Part shown: positions 38,406 through 48,903 of the stretch, piece by piece
Layout: the number at the start of each line of letters is the position of its first letter
Numbering within the stretch: position 1 is the first letter of the stretch
NCBI GenBank assembly: GCA_019057385.1
Contig: JAHQJS010000003.1
Coordinates: 64,001-128,000, forward strand
Length of the DNA: 64,000 bases
Direction: 5' to 3'
Origin: Candidatus Borrarchaeum weybense
Lineage (GTDB): Archaea > Asgardarchaeota > Sifarchaeia > Borrarchaeales > Borrarchaeaceae
Program-made: the position numbers and the translations under genes
The notes under the pieces: model-generated
What the model saw: only the letters and a program-made list of their open reading frames with translations
What the model was told of the DNA's origin: nothing
The model's database searches: none

Positions 38406-39401
38406 TTATCGCCGTATATATGAAAGTGCAGGTGCTTCTGAAGGCGCATTAACAGGTGAACGTATTGCATATCGCATTTTAATTAAATTTTTTCTATGTC
38501 CAGTAATTGAGCCCTGTATGATCATATAATCTCCACGAATAATGCCATAACGGATGAATCCACCGGGAGGTGTGATTTCATCACCATCCTCACCTATTTT
38601 CAATATTCGCTTATTATAATCAGTTCTTTGATGATATCCTAATTGTCCTGCTCGTGGTACAGTGTAGAACATATGATGTGGTTTCCATGGACCAATTGCA
38701 CCAACACCACGTTTTGTCCCCCTAGATTTATCTTGTAAGATGCGAATACCCCAACGCTTCACCGGGCCTTGAAATCCTTTGCCAATCGAAATTGAACCAG
38801 TATCCACAAACTGTCCGTTTTTCAAGATATCCGTAGCACGTATTTCTTTCCCTAAGATGGAATTTGCGTAATCAAATTGCTCTTGTATACCCTCTCCTCC
38901 ACCTATTTTCACTTCAAAGAGATGAGGCTTCCGTCGCGTAACACCACTTAAAATAGGTTGGGTATGAACTATAGCCCTTACTTCTGCTGTTGTTTCAATT
39001 GATTCTTTCAACATATTCAAAGTTACTGAAGTGTTATAGTCTTTAGGAAGAGGAAAAACTCGACTTAGATCAGAATTTAAATCTGAGAACCAACTTTCAC
39101 CAATGACACTTAGCCCATAAGGCGTTGATTCATAGGTACGCATTCCACATACGAAGAGGGGGGGTGTATCAAGTACAGTAACAGCCATAACACGTTCTTG
39201 TCCGTAGAAGGGACTATGTTCGTGATCTTCAATTAAAACTACATGAGTCATTCCTGCTTTGTAACCTGCAAAGCCAAGAAGTGTTGGTGGGCCAATCCAA
39301 GAAGGCCAGGTTTTAATCTTGCCAACTGGATGTGCCGCTCTACCACGAGGTAGATAAGCGAGTGATCCTCTTTTTGGTGCATGTCGTTTTCGATGACCCA
39401 T
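38406..39401 (-). CDS. rpl3: 50S ribosomal protein uL3
   Basis: PKRGSLAYLPR, GYKAGMTH, GKGFQGPVKRWG, GQLGYHQRT. Confidence 0.97.
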   Translation of the reverse strand: MGHRKRHAPKRGSLAYLPRGRAAHPVGKIKTWPSWIGPPTLLGFAGYKAGMTHVVLIEDHEHSPFYGQERVMAVTVLDTPPLFVCGMRTYESTPYGLSVIGESWFSDLNSDLSRVFPLPKDYNTSVTLNMLKESIETTAEVRAIVHTQPILSGVTRRKPHLFEVKIGGGEGIQEQFDYANSILGKEIRATDILKNGQFVDTGSISIGKGFQGPVKRWGIRILQDKSRGTKRGVGAIGPWKPHHMFYTVPRAGQLGYHQRTDYNKRILKIGEDGDEITPPGGFIRYGIIRGDYMIIQGSITGHRKNLIKMRYAIRSPVNAPSEAPALSYIRR

Positions 39402-39833
39402 AGTATTTACCTCCACAAATTACTAAAAAGGGCAAATAAGATAATCTGCAATTTATTTTTATTATCGGTGGTATTACAAAGGTTATTATTAATCTTGATA
39501 TTGATTCTGGTAGGTACATGATTTTATGACTACCGTAAAAACAAGAGGTATCTCATAGAAGCGTATCCCTCTGTTTGAGCAGTCTGTCTAAAATAACCGT
39601 TATATTGTAACCTACTTTTTTTGTTTCATTTTTATGTCTTCTGCTGAAAGAAAGGATAATTCAATCTTCCACTTTACACCTTCGGAATCGTTTGAAAAAT
39701 CTTAAATAGAACTCAACACTTCATTGCACTAAATTTCATTTCAAAATATCATTTAAACGATAAAATATATCCTTAAGTGAGGATATTCTAAGAAAATGTG
39801 AATAAATAGTTTTCATGTATTAGGGAGGAAAAA

Positions 39834-41336
39834 ATGATGCCATTACCCTATATGACTCAATCACTGTGCCCAGAATGCCTCAAAGTCATTCCTGCAGAAA
39901 TTAAGGCAGAAAATGGCAAAGTTGTCATAGAGAAGGAATGTTCTGAGCATGGCTTTTATAAAGATACGTATTGGGGCTCTGAAGAGGATTTCCTTCGCGT
40001 CGAGAAGTGGTGGTGCGATGGGAGATTAGATAACCCTCGCACTGAAACAAACAAAGGTTGTCCACAAGACTGTGGGCTTTGTCCAGAGCATAAATCCCAC
40101 ACTGGACTGGCGCTCATTGATGTGACTAACCGATGCAATCTTTCCTGTCCAATTTGTTTTGCAAACGCACGAAGTTCAGGCTATGTTTATGAACCAACAT
40201 TAGAGGAAATTCGTGGTATCCTTGAAAATTTACGCGCAAATGAGCCTGTTCCAGCTCCCGCGGTACAATTTGCTGGCGGTGAGCCCACTGTTCGCAAAGA
40301 ATTGCCAGAAATTATATCAATGGCAAAGGAATTCGGTTTTAAAAATATAGAAATAGCTTCTAATGGGCTAAAAATAGCTGAGAGTTCAGATTATTTAGCG
40401 AAATTATCAGAAGCGGGACTAAGTACAATATACTTCCAATTTGACGGAATAACACCTGAGCCATACATTGCTGCAAGAGGAAAAGATCTATTTCCTTTAA
40501 AAAAGAAAGTAATTGAAAATGCACGAAAAGTAGGGTTTGATAGTATTGTATTAGTGCCAACATTAGTTCGCGGTCTAAATGATGCTCAGGTAGGTGGAAT
40601 AATCGATTTCGCTGTACAGAATGTAGATGTAGTAAGAGGTGTCATCTTCCAGCCAGTGTCTATTACTGGAAGGATCGATCGAGAAAAATTAGATGAGATG
40701 AGAATCACAATACCTGATTTAATGCGTTTAGCTGAAGAACAAACAGGTGGTACAATTAAGGCCAAAGATTGGTATCCTGTATCAAGTGTAGCCACCTTTT
40801 CAAAAGCATTGGGGCATTATCGTGGCGAACCAGCTGTAGAATTTACTTGTTCGCCTCATTGCGGCATGGCAACATACATTTTTGTGGAAGAAGGAGAGAT
40901 TCAGCCTATTACAGAATTTGTTAACATCGATAAATTCTTCGGTACGTTAGAAGGTATAAATAAGGATTATGAACGGAACTCTCGCTATGGCAGAATAAAA
41001 GCCAAACTTCGTCTCTTCTTTAGTCTTCGCCATTTCAAGAAAAAAGGGCGTGTAATCAAATTAGTTCGCAATATAATGAATAAACATTCATATGATGAAC
41101 TAGGCGAATTCTCCCGCTCGTCCATATTAATTGGAGCTATGCATTTTATGGATCCTTACAATTATGATCTACAACGAGTTAGTCACTGTGTTATTCATTA
41201 TGGAATCCCTGATGGTCGTATAATTCCGTTTTGTGCATATAATACGTTGCACAGAGAGTCAGTCGAAAAAGAATTAAGTATACCGATAAGCGAGTGGCGC
41301 AAAAGAAATGCACAAACTGCTAAAGCGGAGATATAA
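39834..41336 (+). CDS. tes: Tetraether lipid synthase Tes-like radical SAM enzyme (MJ0619 family)
   Basis: TQSLCPEC...KECSEHG, GCPQDCGLC..H, DVTNRCNLSCPICFANA, CSPHCG, CVIHY..PDGRIIPFC. Confidence 0.85.
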   Translation: MMPLPYMTQSLCPECLKVIPAEIKAENGKVVIEKECSEHGFYKDTYWGSEEDFLRVEKWWCDGRLDNPRTETNKGCPQDCGLCPEHKSHTGLALIDVTNRCNLSCPICFANARSSGYVYEPTLEEIRGILENLRANEPVPAPAVQFAGGEPTVRKELPEIISMAKEFGFKNIEIASNGLKIAESSDYLAKLSEAGLSTIYFQFDGITPEPYIAARGKDLFPLKKKVIENARKVGFDSIVLVPTLVRGLNDAQVGGIIDFAVQNVDVVRGVIFQPVSITGRIDREKLDEMRITIPDLMRLAEEQTGGTIKAKDWYPVSSVATFSKALGHYRGEPAVEFTCSPHCGMATYIFVEEGEIQPITEFVNIDKFFGTLEGINKDYERNSRYGRIKAKLRLFFSLRHFKKKGRVIKLVRNIMNKHSYDELGEFSRSSILIGAMHFMDPYNYDLQRVSHCVIHYGIPDGRIIPFCAYNTLHRESVEKELSIPISEWRKRNAQTAKAEI

Positions 41337-41423
41337 TTTTTTTTATTTCTCTTTTATAACTACCTCGCAAGAAGACCCCCCAACTTGTGAGGGGGTGATT
41401 GACTTTGGCTATGGTTACTTCGT

Positions 41424-41657
41424 CTATTCTTTATGATATTGGTCTATGAAGTCTCCATAGGCATCCACCGGCTCTGTTAACTTACCTGCAGGCACATTGT
41501 ATTCAATGCCGCATGCACCACAGTGAACACGTGCATATCCATCTTCTCTGAAAAGTTCTACTGTAACCGCGCGAGCATCACAATCCGGGCATACAAAAAC
41601 TTTTGGGATTGTTCTTTGATGTCTCTTAACTACCTTTTTTCGTCTTCTTCGTCCCAT
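41424..41657 (-). CDS. elf1: Transcription elongation factor Elf1
   Basis: MGRRRRK...FVCPDC...HCGACG...EPVDAYGDFID. Confidence 0.9.
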   Translation of the reverse strand: MGRRRRKKVVKRHQRTIPKVFVCPDCDARAVTVELFREDGYARVHCGACGIEYNVPAGKLTEPVDAYGDFIDQYHKE

Positions 41658-41827
41658 TGATATCACCTAGGTTTTCAAAATAGATTTTTTTATGTGAACT
41701 AAATAATTCCTTACATTAAAACGGTCATTCTGACAATTTTTCCTTTCTTTTTCTGATTTTTAAGCTTTTGTTGAAGGCAACTATTACATATTTTCAAAGC
41801 GATCGTCTGCTTGGATTTTTGTCGTAT

Positions 41828-43579
41828 TTACTTTTCTAAATGAGTTATAATTTTTTTAGCCTCTTCAAGAGTATTGGATACGCGTATCTGAGAAATATTG
41901 AGTTCAATGGCATCTAGGACTTCATTTTTTATTATTTTTCCAGCCGCAATAATCTCTTTTCCAATGATTTTTGGTGCATATTTTCGAATCGGTGCATCTG
42001 GAAACTCTGCATTCTCAATACTAGTAACTAATTCATCTGTTGTTAATTCTAGAATCTTTTCGCCCTCTTTTCCAATGACGACAAATCTAATATTGCCACT
42101 CCCATCATCCAAGATGCCGCTTAGCAATAATCGTGGAATTGATTTGTCAATTTTCCCGCAGTTTGGACATATTTTTTCATTATTCTCTGACTTTACCCTT
42201 CTACGGCATTTAGGACACGCTTCATAAATCGGATTTCTTTCATATAGTTTAAGTATAGTGCCGCGTACCTCAGCAAACTGATTTTCTATACAATCTTTGA
42301 TGAATACTTGATGATATTCCTTTACCGTTTCAGGGGTTAGTTTTTCTTCTGTAAAAGTCTCTTTTACTTGTGATATTAATTGTCCTTTCTCTTCCAATTC
42401 CTTTGGGTTGATAACAACGTTAGATAGACGTCCAACATGAAGTTCTGTTTCTCCACTAAGCCCTTCTCTTGTATATGCGTTTTGTATTAAAAGAAGATCT
42501 CCTAGATTCGCATTTTGCACTAAATTTACACTTTCATCCCAAAGGACAGTTCTAACATCTCCAGTTGTATCTTTTACATAGAGAGTTATCAATCGTCCGC
42601 TTCTTCCATCCTTTGTAGTAAATTCGCGGAGATCCCCTATATGCATTATTCGCACGAAAATATCGACTGAACGCATATTCGGCTGTAAATCCACGATGTC
42701 GATTATCTTTGGTTCACCAATTGAAAATTCGATTGACGTTTCTGGATCAATCACAACACCCGTGCGTCCTCCTCCATGGACTTCTACTTGATTTTTTAGC
42801 CCTTCTTTAGTGTATGCCCCCTCTAACCTTAAAATAGTCCCAACATCTATTTGATCTATAATTTCCGCGCTTTTATCCCATAAAACTACCCTAGTTGAGC
42901 CTGTGTCGTCTCTTAGTATAAGACTTGCTCTCTTTCCTTCACTTCCATCTTTTCGCTGAAATGTTGAAATTGGATAAACACTCTCTACTACACCTAAAAT
43001 ATCGATGTCATTTAGATTTGCTTCCAATCCATCGATCTTATGTGTGAATTCTTTAACAAAAGGAAAATCTGCTGCATTTGCATCTTCCGGATTAATAATT
43101 ATACGTCCTCGGTATCCAACATGTAATTCAGGATCCTCTTGTAAACCTTCTTTCACATATCCAGAAAGTATTCGTAGAATGTCACCTCTACTTATCTTAT
43201 CTATATTCTGTGCATGATCGCCCCATAAAACTGTACGGATCGTTTTTGTTTTGTCACCAATTATTAGATTTACAACATAACTCTGTTTTCCATCTCGAAC
43301 AAATTCTCTTAAAGCATAAATCTTCATAACACGTCCTATAACAGAAATATTATTCATTCCAGGGATAAGATCTTTGATGAATAGCTGGGTAGTTGACAAT
43401 TTTTGATCCTTAAAGAGATCAATACCTAATTCTGAAGCCACAATGTGTGCGGCTCCTTCTTCGGTAATTAATCCTCCTAATTCCTCTCTTTTTACTCTTA
43501 TTCTTTCCTCAAGTTCTTTTTTTGAGATCTTTGTTTCTGAAATTATTTTATCAATAATTTCTTCTAATGAGAAACTTAT
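41828..43579 (-). CDS. Replication protein A, large subunit (multiple OB folds + Zn finger); possible ATA start
   Basis: GGLITEEGAAHIVA, repeated D.TG..R.VLW OB folds, YEACPKC...CPNCG. Confidence 0.9.
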   Translation of the reverse strand: MSFSLEEIIDKIISETKISKKELEERIRVKREELGGLITEEGAAHIVASELGIDLFKDQKLSTTQLFIKDLIPGMNNISVIGRVMKIYALREFVRDGKQSYVVNLIIGDKTKTIRTVLWGDHAQNIDKISRGDILRILSGYVKEGLQEDPELHVGYRGRIIINPEDANAADFPFVKEFTHKIDGLEANLNDIDILGVVESVYPISTFQRKDGSEGKRASLILRDDTGSTRVVLWDKSAEIIDQIDVGTILRLEGAYTKEGLKNQVEVHGGGRTGVVIDPETSIEFSIGEPKIIDIVDLQPNMRSVDIFVRIMHIGDLREFTTKDGRSGRLITLYVKDTTGDVRTVLWDESVNLVQNANLGDLLLIQNAYTREGLSGETELHVGRLSNVVINPKELEEKGQLISQVKETFTEEKLTPETVKEYHQVFIKDCIENQFAEVRGTILKLYERNPIYEACPKCRRRVKSENNEKICPNCGKIDKSIPRLLLSGILDDGSGNIRFVVIGKEGEKILELTTDELVTSIENAEFPDAPIRKYAPKIIGKEIIAAGKIIKNEVLDAIELNISQIRVSNTLEEAKKIITHLEK

Positions 43580-43777
43580 ACAACCACCCCCATGAAATTC
43601 ATATGAAGATGATATAATCTGCAATTTTTTACTTGCTTTTTCATTTTCTTATAGTATTTTTTTCTTTTTAACGCTATTAGTTTGCGTACGCGCACGGTTT
43701 TAAAATATCCAAAAGAAATAAAATTCCCCGAAAAGGTTTTTCTCAATAGAGTTTAGTTAGAATTAAATTCACGTAAG

Positions 43778-44602
43778 ATGATTAATATGGGTTTCTGGAA
43801 GACTTTGAAAGCAACTACTGTCAGAAATTTACGGGTAATTTTCAAGTATAAGTTTGAAATATTTATCAACATAGGTTGGCTCATTTTGGACATAATCGCA
43901 TTTTCTTTGCTAGGACACATCGTAGAATCGACTTCAGTGGACTTAGAATACTCGTTAAGAGATTTCTTGTTAGTTGGAGTCTTTTTCTGGGCTTTTTTTG
44001 GGAAAAGTTATGATGATACAGTGAATTGCATTCCAGAGGAGGCAAGTCGAGGCACTCTTGGCTTCCTCCTAACGAATAATGTAAGTTTTGTGACGTTACT
44101 CACAGCTAGAGCGGCAGCGTCAAGTATAATCAGCGCTGTTGTTGCAATATGCATTATATTTCCGATTTTAGCACTATTAGATGTACTTCAGCTTCAACTT
44201 CAATGGCTTCTTCTAGCGATGGTGATCTTTTTCTTGTGTTGGTTATTTATGCTGGGCGTTAGTTTATTAGTATCGTCCGTAAATGTTTTGTTTAAACGAA
44301 TTGGCTTATTTTCTGCACTCTTTCTTTGGGCTCTAAAGATCCTAAGTGGATATTTTTTTCCAGTTGAAGCACTTGACGATTTTGTACCTGGATTAAGTTT
44401 TATGGCGATGAGTTTACCAACTTCTGCTGGGCTCCAATTGATTCGATGGGTATTAATCCTCGGCGCCCCTCCACCTGAAATGATGTGGAACGCATTGACG
44501 TCTCTTTTAATCGGCACTACAATAGTTATGGTTGCAGCCATAATAACTTTGAAGCAAATGGAAAAAATTGCAGCAAAAGTTGGAACTTTAGAATTCTATT
44601 AG
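43778..44602 (+). CDS. ABC-2 type transporter permease
   Basis: Six-TM pattern, EEASRGTL, LSGYFFPV. Confidence 0.85.
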   Translation: MINMGFWKTLKATTVRNLRVIFKYKFEIFINIGWLILDIIAFSLLGHIVESTSVDLEYSLRDFLLVGVFFWAFFGKSYDDTVNCIPEEASRGTLGFLLTNNVSFVTLLTARAAASSIISAVVAICIIFPILALLDVLQLQLQWLLLAMVIFFLCWLFMLGVSLLVSSVNVLFKRIGLFSALFLWALKILSGYFFPVEALDDFVPGLSFMAMSLPTSAGLQLIRWVLILGAPPPEMMWNALTSLLIGTTIVMVAAIITLKQMEKIAAKVGTLEFY

Positions 44603-44614
44603 AATAGAAATTAG

Positions 44615-45565
44615 GTGAGCAATGTGGAAGACGTAGTTATGGTTGAAAATGTTGTAAAAGAATTTCCGATAGGGGCATTTCTACGTAAACGTCTTCGTAT
44701 TTTAAATGGGATTTCTTTCAATTTGCCAGATGGTGACAATCTTGCAATTGTGGGGCCTAACGCGAGCGGAAAAACTACACTTCTAAAAATGCTTGCATCG
44801 ATTTATCTTCCTGATAGCGGATCTATTGAGATCTATGGTTATGATTTACAGAAACAAATAACACAAGTTAGGAATATGATAAGTTTTGTTAGTCCAAGCT
44901 TAACTTTTCAGGCTAAACTCACACTTAAAGAAACACTTGATTTCTTTGCCGGCGTGCAGGGCGTTGATATTGATGATATTGCATTAAAATTTCTAGAAGA
45001 AGTAAATCTTATTCATATGATGGATAAACGATTAGAATCATTTTCTGAAGGTCAAAAAGCAATGGTTCGTCTTGTTGTTGGACTAATGAAACAACCACGC
45101 CTTCTACTTCTCGATGAAATTACAGCAACGCTTGATCTGACGCGTAAAGAAGCCGTAATCAATACTATAAATGAATTAGATAACCGCTATAAGTTTACAA
45201 TTATTCTTGTAGACCATGATCCAATGGTTGTAGATAGAATTTGTGATAAAGTTCTCCTCCTTAAACGGGGTGGACGTGTTTTAAAATACAGCACGGTAGA
45301 TGAACTACTCTCAAAAATTCCTTATAAATATGACATTAAAGTAACTCCAAAAAAGACGTTGGATGATGATTTTCTAAAGAATTTTGGATTCCCTTATAAG
45401 AAAATGGGAAATATCATTCGCTTTTTTACCCAAAATCATTCTGAAGTCAATGAACTTAATGCCAAGTTGTTAGAGAAAGAGGACTATATTCTTGAGTTCT
45501 CGACAAGCGGTGTCAGCTTAGAAGACGTCTACTACTTTTGGATGCAGAAAGAAACTCAGGAGTAG
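44615..45565 (+). CDS. ABC transporter ATP-binding protein
   Basis: GPNASGKTT, FSEGQ, LLLLDE. Confidence 0.92.
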   Translation: MSNVEDVVMVENVVKEFPIGAFLRKRLRILNGISFNLPDGDNLAIVGPNASGKTTLLKMLASIYLPDSGSIEIYGYDLQKQITQVRNMISFVSPSLTFQAKLTLKETLDFFAGVQGVDIDDIALKFLEEVNLIHMMDKRLESFSEGQKAMVRLVVGLMKQPRLLLLDEITATLDLTRKEAVINTINELDNRYKFTIILVDHDPMVVDRICDKVLLLKRGGRVLKYSTVDELLSKIPYKYDIKVTPKKTLDDDFLKNFGFPYKKMGNIIRFFTQNHSEVNELNAKLLEKEDYILEFSTSGVSLEDVYYFWMQKETQE

Positions 45566-45637
45566 AAGAAGTCTTAAGGATTGGCCTTTTAAGTTCTTAT
45601 ACTATTTTCTTATTTTATAAATTAGTTCTGAAGACAG

Positions 45638-45774
45638 TGGGCGGGGTGGGATTTTCAGAAAAAGCGATTTTCGATTCTTCTTTTGAACCCACGATTTCCG
45701 ATACCTCCATAAGTTTCTTATGAAGACACTCCGGAACCCGAATCCGGAATCATACCATGCTAGACTACCCGCCC
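45638..45774 (-). tRNA. tRNA-Pro(CGG) with two non-canonical introns (variable loop, T-loop 59/60)
   Basis: GGGCGGG...CCGGA-TTCGGGT-TCCGG...CCCGCCCA. Confidence 0.85.
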
Positions 45775-46470
45775 ATAGTATTTTGAAATATGGTCCGTGA
45801 ATTACCTTTAGGATAGGAACTTCTCGGACCTTGAGCCAAATAGTTTTCGGGCACTATGTATAAAGTATAAATTGGTTTCCATGACTATAAATAAAACTTT
45901 TGCCTTTTAGCAATCATTCAAATTTGGTTTTAGAATCCTTTACATTTATACGGGAGAAGGCCATGACAATCCATTCTGCGAATAATATAATAGTGAAAAA
46001 CAAAATATTATTTGGGCGAGCAATGACGATTCTGACCCTTCTTGAAATACACTAAATAGAAGTGGTGTACCTTACAATATATACCCCACAAAAATAAAAT
46101 TGATGATAGGGATCTTGAGTGAGTTGAGCTCGCTCTGTTTTTCACTTTTTCTAGTTTTATCCCGACAAAACCTGTTAAACTCCTGAATGTATTTTAAAAA
46201 AAAATTCACTTACACATTAGTCTCACTGTTCCTTTAAATCGTATTCTGTAATAATGTAACTTAGAGAATGATGAAACTCCCAGAAAGCCAGAATCATTGA
46301 ACATAGACAAATGTGTTGTCCTTATATAGATTTTCTTGATAAAAAGATGTAGCTTGATGCAAGACAAAGCGACAGGGTCTAATAAGACGATGATGTAGAA
46401 ATGGTTTTCAAGAACTTTGTATGCCCTCTAATAGGGCTTGAAAGGGTGTTTCTCGGAAGGTTTAGAAAAA

Positions 46471-47676
46471 ATGCTCTTAACTGATATTTTAGAAGAGGAA
46501 TTAAATAGCCCTACAGTATTTCGGGATGAATCCAAATTAAGCGCTGCATACGTGCCATCTTCTTTACCCCACAGAGCATCATCACTTCGAGATTTGGTTC
46601 GTCTATTCTTAGGCGTGATGAAAAAACCAGGTGAAATGAGTCAACAAGTTACCATTAGTGGAAGTATAGGAATTGGAAAAACAGCACTATGCAAATGCTT
46701 CGGTAAGGTCCTAGAAGAATATGCCAAAACCAACAACATGAACCTACATTATATCCATGTTAATTGCAGGCGTAAAAAATCGCGCTTTTTAATTTTAAGA
46801 GAAGTAGTTCATCACTTCAATCCAACTATCCCACATAGAGGTTATTCACCAGAAGAATTACTTCATATGTTACATCACTTACTAGAGTCTCAGAATATCC
46901 ATTTGGTATTAGCTCTTGATGAATTTGATTTTATTTTGAGAAAAAAAGACGCTTCGCTTCTTTACGACCTGATAAGATGGACAGATGAACATATTGACGG
47001 TATACAGCGTGTTTCTCTTATCCTTATAGTCCGTGACAGAGTATATCTGAAAGAATTAGATGTTGGCACACTTAGTTCACTTCAAAATAATCATATCTAT
47101 CTAGCGCCTTATTCTGCCGAACAATTAGTAGATATTTTGCAGGAACGTGCAACTGATGCACTGTTTGACTTTGCAATTAATCCTGAGGTTCTCAATCTAA
47201 TAGCCGATATTGCTAGTGAACGAGGTGATGCACGTTTCGCGTTGGAACTTTTATGGCGTGCAGGAAAGTATGCTGACCGCGATAGAGTTACCTCGATTTT
47301 TCCGGAGCATGTAAGATTAGCAAAAGGTGATATCCACCCTGATCTTAGAAAGGATATCTTCCAAGAATTATCATTACATCATCAGTTTGTACTATTGGCC
47401 ATTATTCGGCAACTGAAAAAACATGACGCTGCGTATACAACCACTGGAGATGTTGAAACTACCTACAACATTATCTGCGAAGAATATCACGAAACTCCGC
47501 GCAAACACACCCAACTGTGGGAATACATTAAAGAACTGGAGCAATTATGCCTCATCACGACTAAACTCTCTGGTAAAGGCATACGAGGCAAAACTACCCT
47601 GATTGGATTGCCGGATGCACCCTTGTTCTTGCTAGAAAAAAAGCTTCAAAACTATTTGAAGGAGTGTGAAAAATGA
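46471..47676 (+). CDS. cdc6: Orc1/Cdc6 replication initiator
   Basis: YVPSSLPHR, GSIGIGKT, VNC, LDEFD, GDARFALELL, C-terminal wHTH GKGIRGKT. Confidence 0.93.
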   Translation: MLLTDILEEELNSPTVFRDESKLSAAYVPSSLPHRASSLRDLVRLFLGVMKKPGEMSQQVTISGSIGIGKTALCKCFGKVLEEYAKTNNMNLHYIHVNCRRKKSRFLILREVVHHFNPTIPHRGYSPEELLHMLHHLLESQNIHLVLALDEFDFILRKKDASLLYDLIRWTDEHIDGIQRVSLILIVRDRVYLKELDVGTLSSLQNNHIYLAPYSAEQLVDILQERATDALFDFAINPEVLNLIADIASERGDARFALELLWRAGKYADRDRVTSIFPEHVRLAKGDIHPDLRKDIFQELSLHHQFVLLAIIRQLKKHDAAYTTTGDVETTYNIICEEYHETPRKHTQLWEYIKELEQLCLITTKLSGKGIRGKTTLIGLPDAPLFLLEKKLQNYLKECEK

Positions 47677-48014
47677 CACTTGACATGACAGATATTCTTA
47701 TTCAAAGTTCTCCCTTTCCGCCTATTGAAGAAGTACTATCTTCAAAAGGAAAAATAAAAATTTTAAAGATTTTAACGCATTACGAAGAATTAAACATCTC
47801 TGAGATCGTAAGAAGAGCGCAACTTAATCATGCTACCGTCACTCAGCATCTCGATTACTTTAAAACCATCGGAATCGTAGAAGAAAAATCATTTGGCCGC
47901 ATAAAGATTTATCGGTTATCACCAGAGGATGCAATAGTCAAAGTAATTCGTGATCTAATGGAATCTTGGGAGCACTCAGAATTAAGCAACAATACTCGCA
48001 ACTCATATGTATAG
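47673..48014 (+). CDS. ArsR-like winged-helix protein
   Basis: LSSKGKIKILKIL...LNISEI...GIVEEKSFGRIKIY. Confidence 0.8.
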   Translation: MTLDMTDILIQSSPFPPIEEVLSSKGKIKILKILTHYEELNISEIVRRAQLNHATVTQHLDYFKTIGIVEEKSFGRIKIYRLSPEDAIVKVIRDLMESWEHSELSNNTRNSYV

Positions 48015-48857
48015 GTTTTTGATAAACCCAAGATTTATTCCATCAGTTAAATACGCAGTCGCATCATCAAATTCAATGCATTTTTTAGTAAAAAGTGGTC
48101 CTAAGAACTTTGACTGCAGGTCATTAAACGCCGTTCCTTTGATTAAAGGATGAAAAGCTGGAAATATTATGATTTCAGGATTTCCTATCTTTCTTTTAAT
48201 AATATGATTTGTATCAACTTCTTTATCGCTTGCTGAAACTTTATTTTGTGCAAAGAGGTTTTGAAGCTTTTTCTTGTCCCATTTTGTTCTTATCCATACT
48301 TTTTCTACGTGATGTATTCCTAAAGAATCCTTTAATCTAATCGCAGGATGGTTATGTCCCATAAATAATGAATTTACATCTAGTAAATCATTTGCTGGCC
48401 AAGTATGGCCATGTAACAATCCGATTTTCTTAGACCCATTCTGAATAGTAGATCCTTTTGAGGGATGATAGATTATATTTTTTGGAATTAACTTCTCCAA
48501 ATTACCGTCGTGGTTTCCTGGAAAAATTTCAACTTTTATTATTTTTGCCAAGTTCTTAAAAAGACGTGGTATTTCTTTCCACTCTTTAATAGAAATACTT
48601 GGGATATTATGTTTCACATCCCCAAGAACTACTAACTTCGAGGGTGCGTATTCATTTATGAGTTTTTTTAATTTATCTTCAATTATAGGTGTTTGTGAAG
48701 GAAAATGAATCCCTTTTTTAGCAAATTGCCTTTCAAGTCCAATATGGAGGTCTGCTACAATGAGAACACTTTCATGAGCTTCAAGTAATAATGCAGCCTC
48801 TCCTTCTAATGGCATATATGACCCCATTTCAATAACACTCTTGAGGAGGAGAAACAT
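48003..48857 (-). CDS. Calcineurin-like metallophosphoesterase (start uncertain)
   Basis: ADLHIG, LGDVKH, GNHD, HGH, GHNHP motifs. Confidence 0.9.
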   Translation of the reverse strand: MFLLLKSVIEMGSYMPLEGEAALLLEAHESVLIVADLHIGLERQFAKKGIHFPSQTPIIEDKLKKLINEYAPSKLVVLGDVKHNIPSISIKEWKEIPRLFKNLAKIIKVEIFPGNHDGNLEKLIPKNIIYHPSKGSTIQNGSKKIGLLHGHTWPANDLLDVNSLFMGHNHPAIRLKDSLGIHHVEKVWIRTKWDKKKLQNLFAQNKVSASDKEVDTNHIIKRKIGNPEIIIFPAFHPLIKGTAFNDLQSKFLGPLFTKKCIEFDDATAYLTDGINLGFIKNLYI

Positions 48858-48903
48858 GACTCAACCAGTAATAAATCATAAAAAAACTCACTTATACGGA
48901 TAT

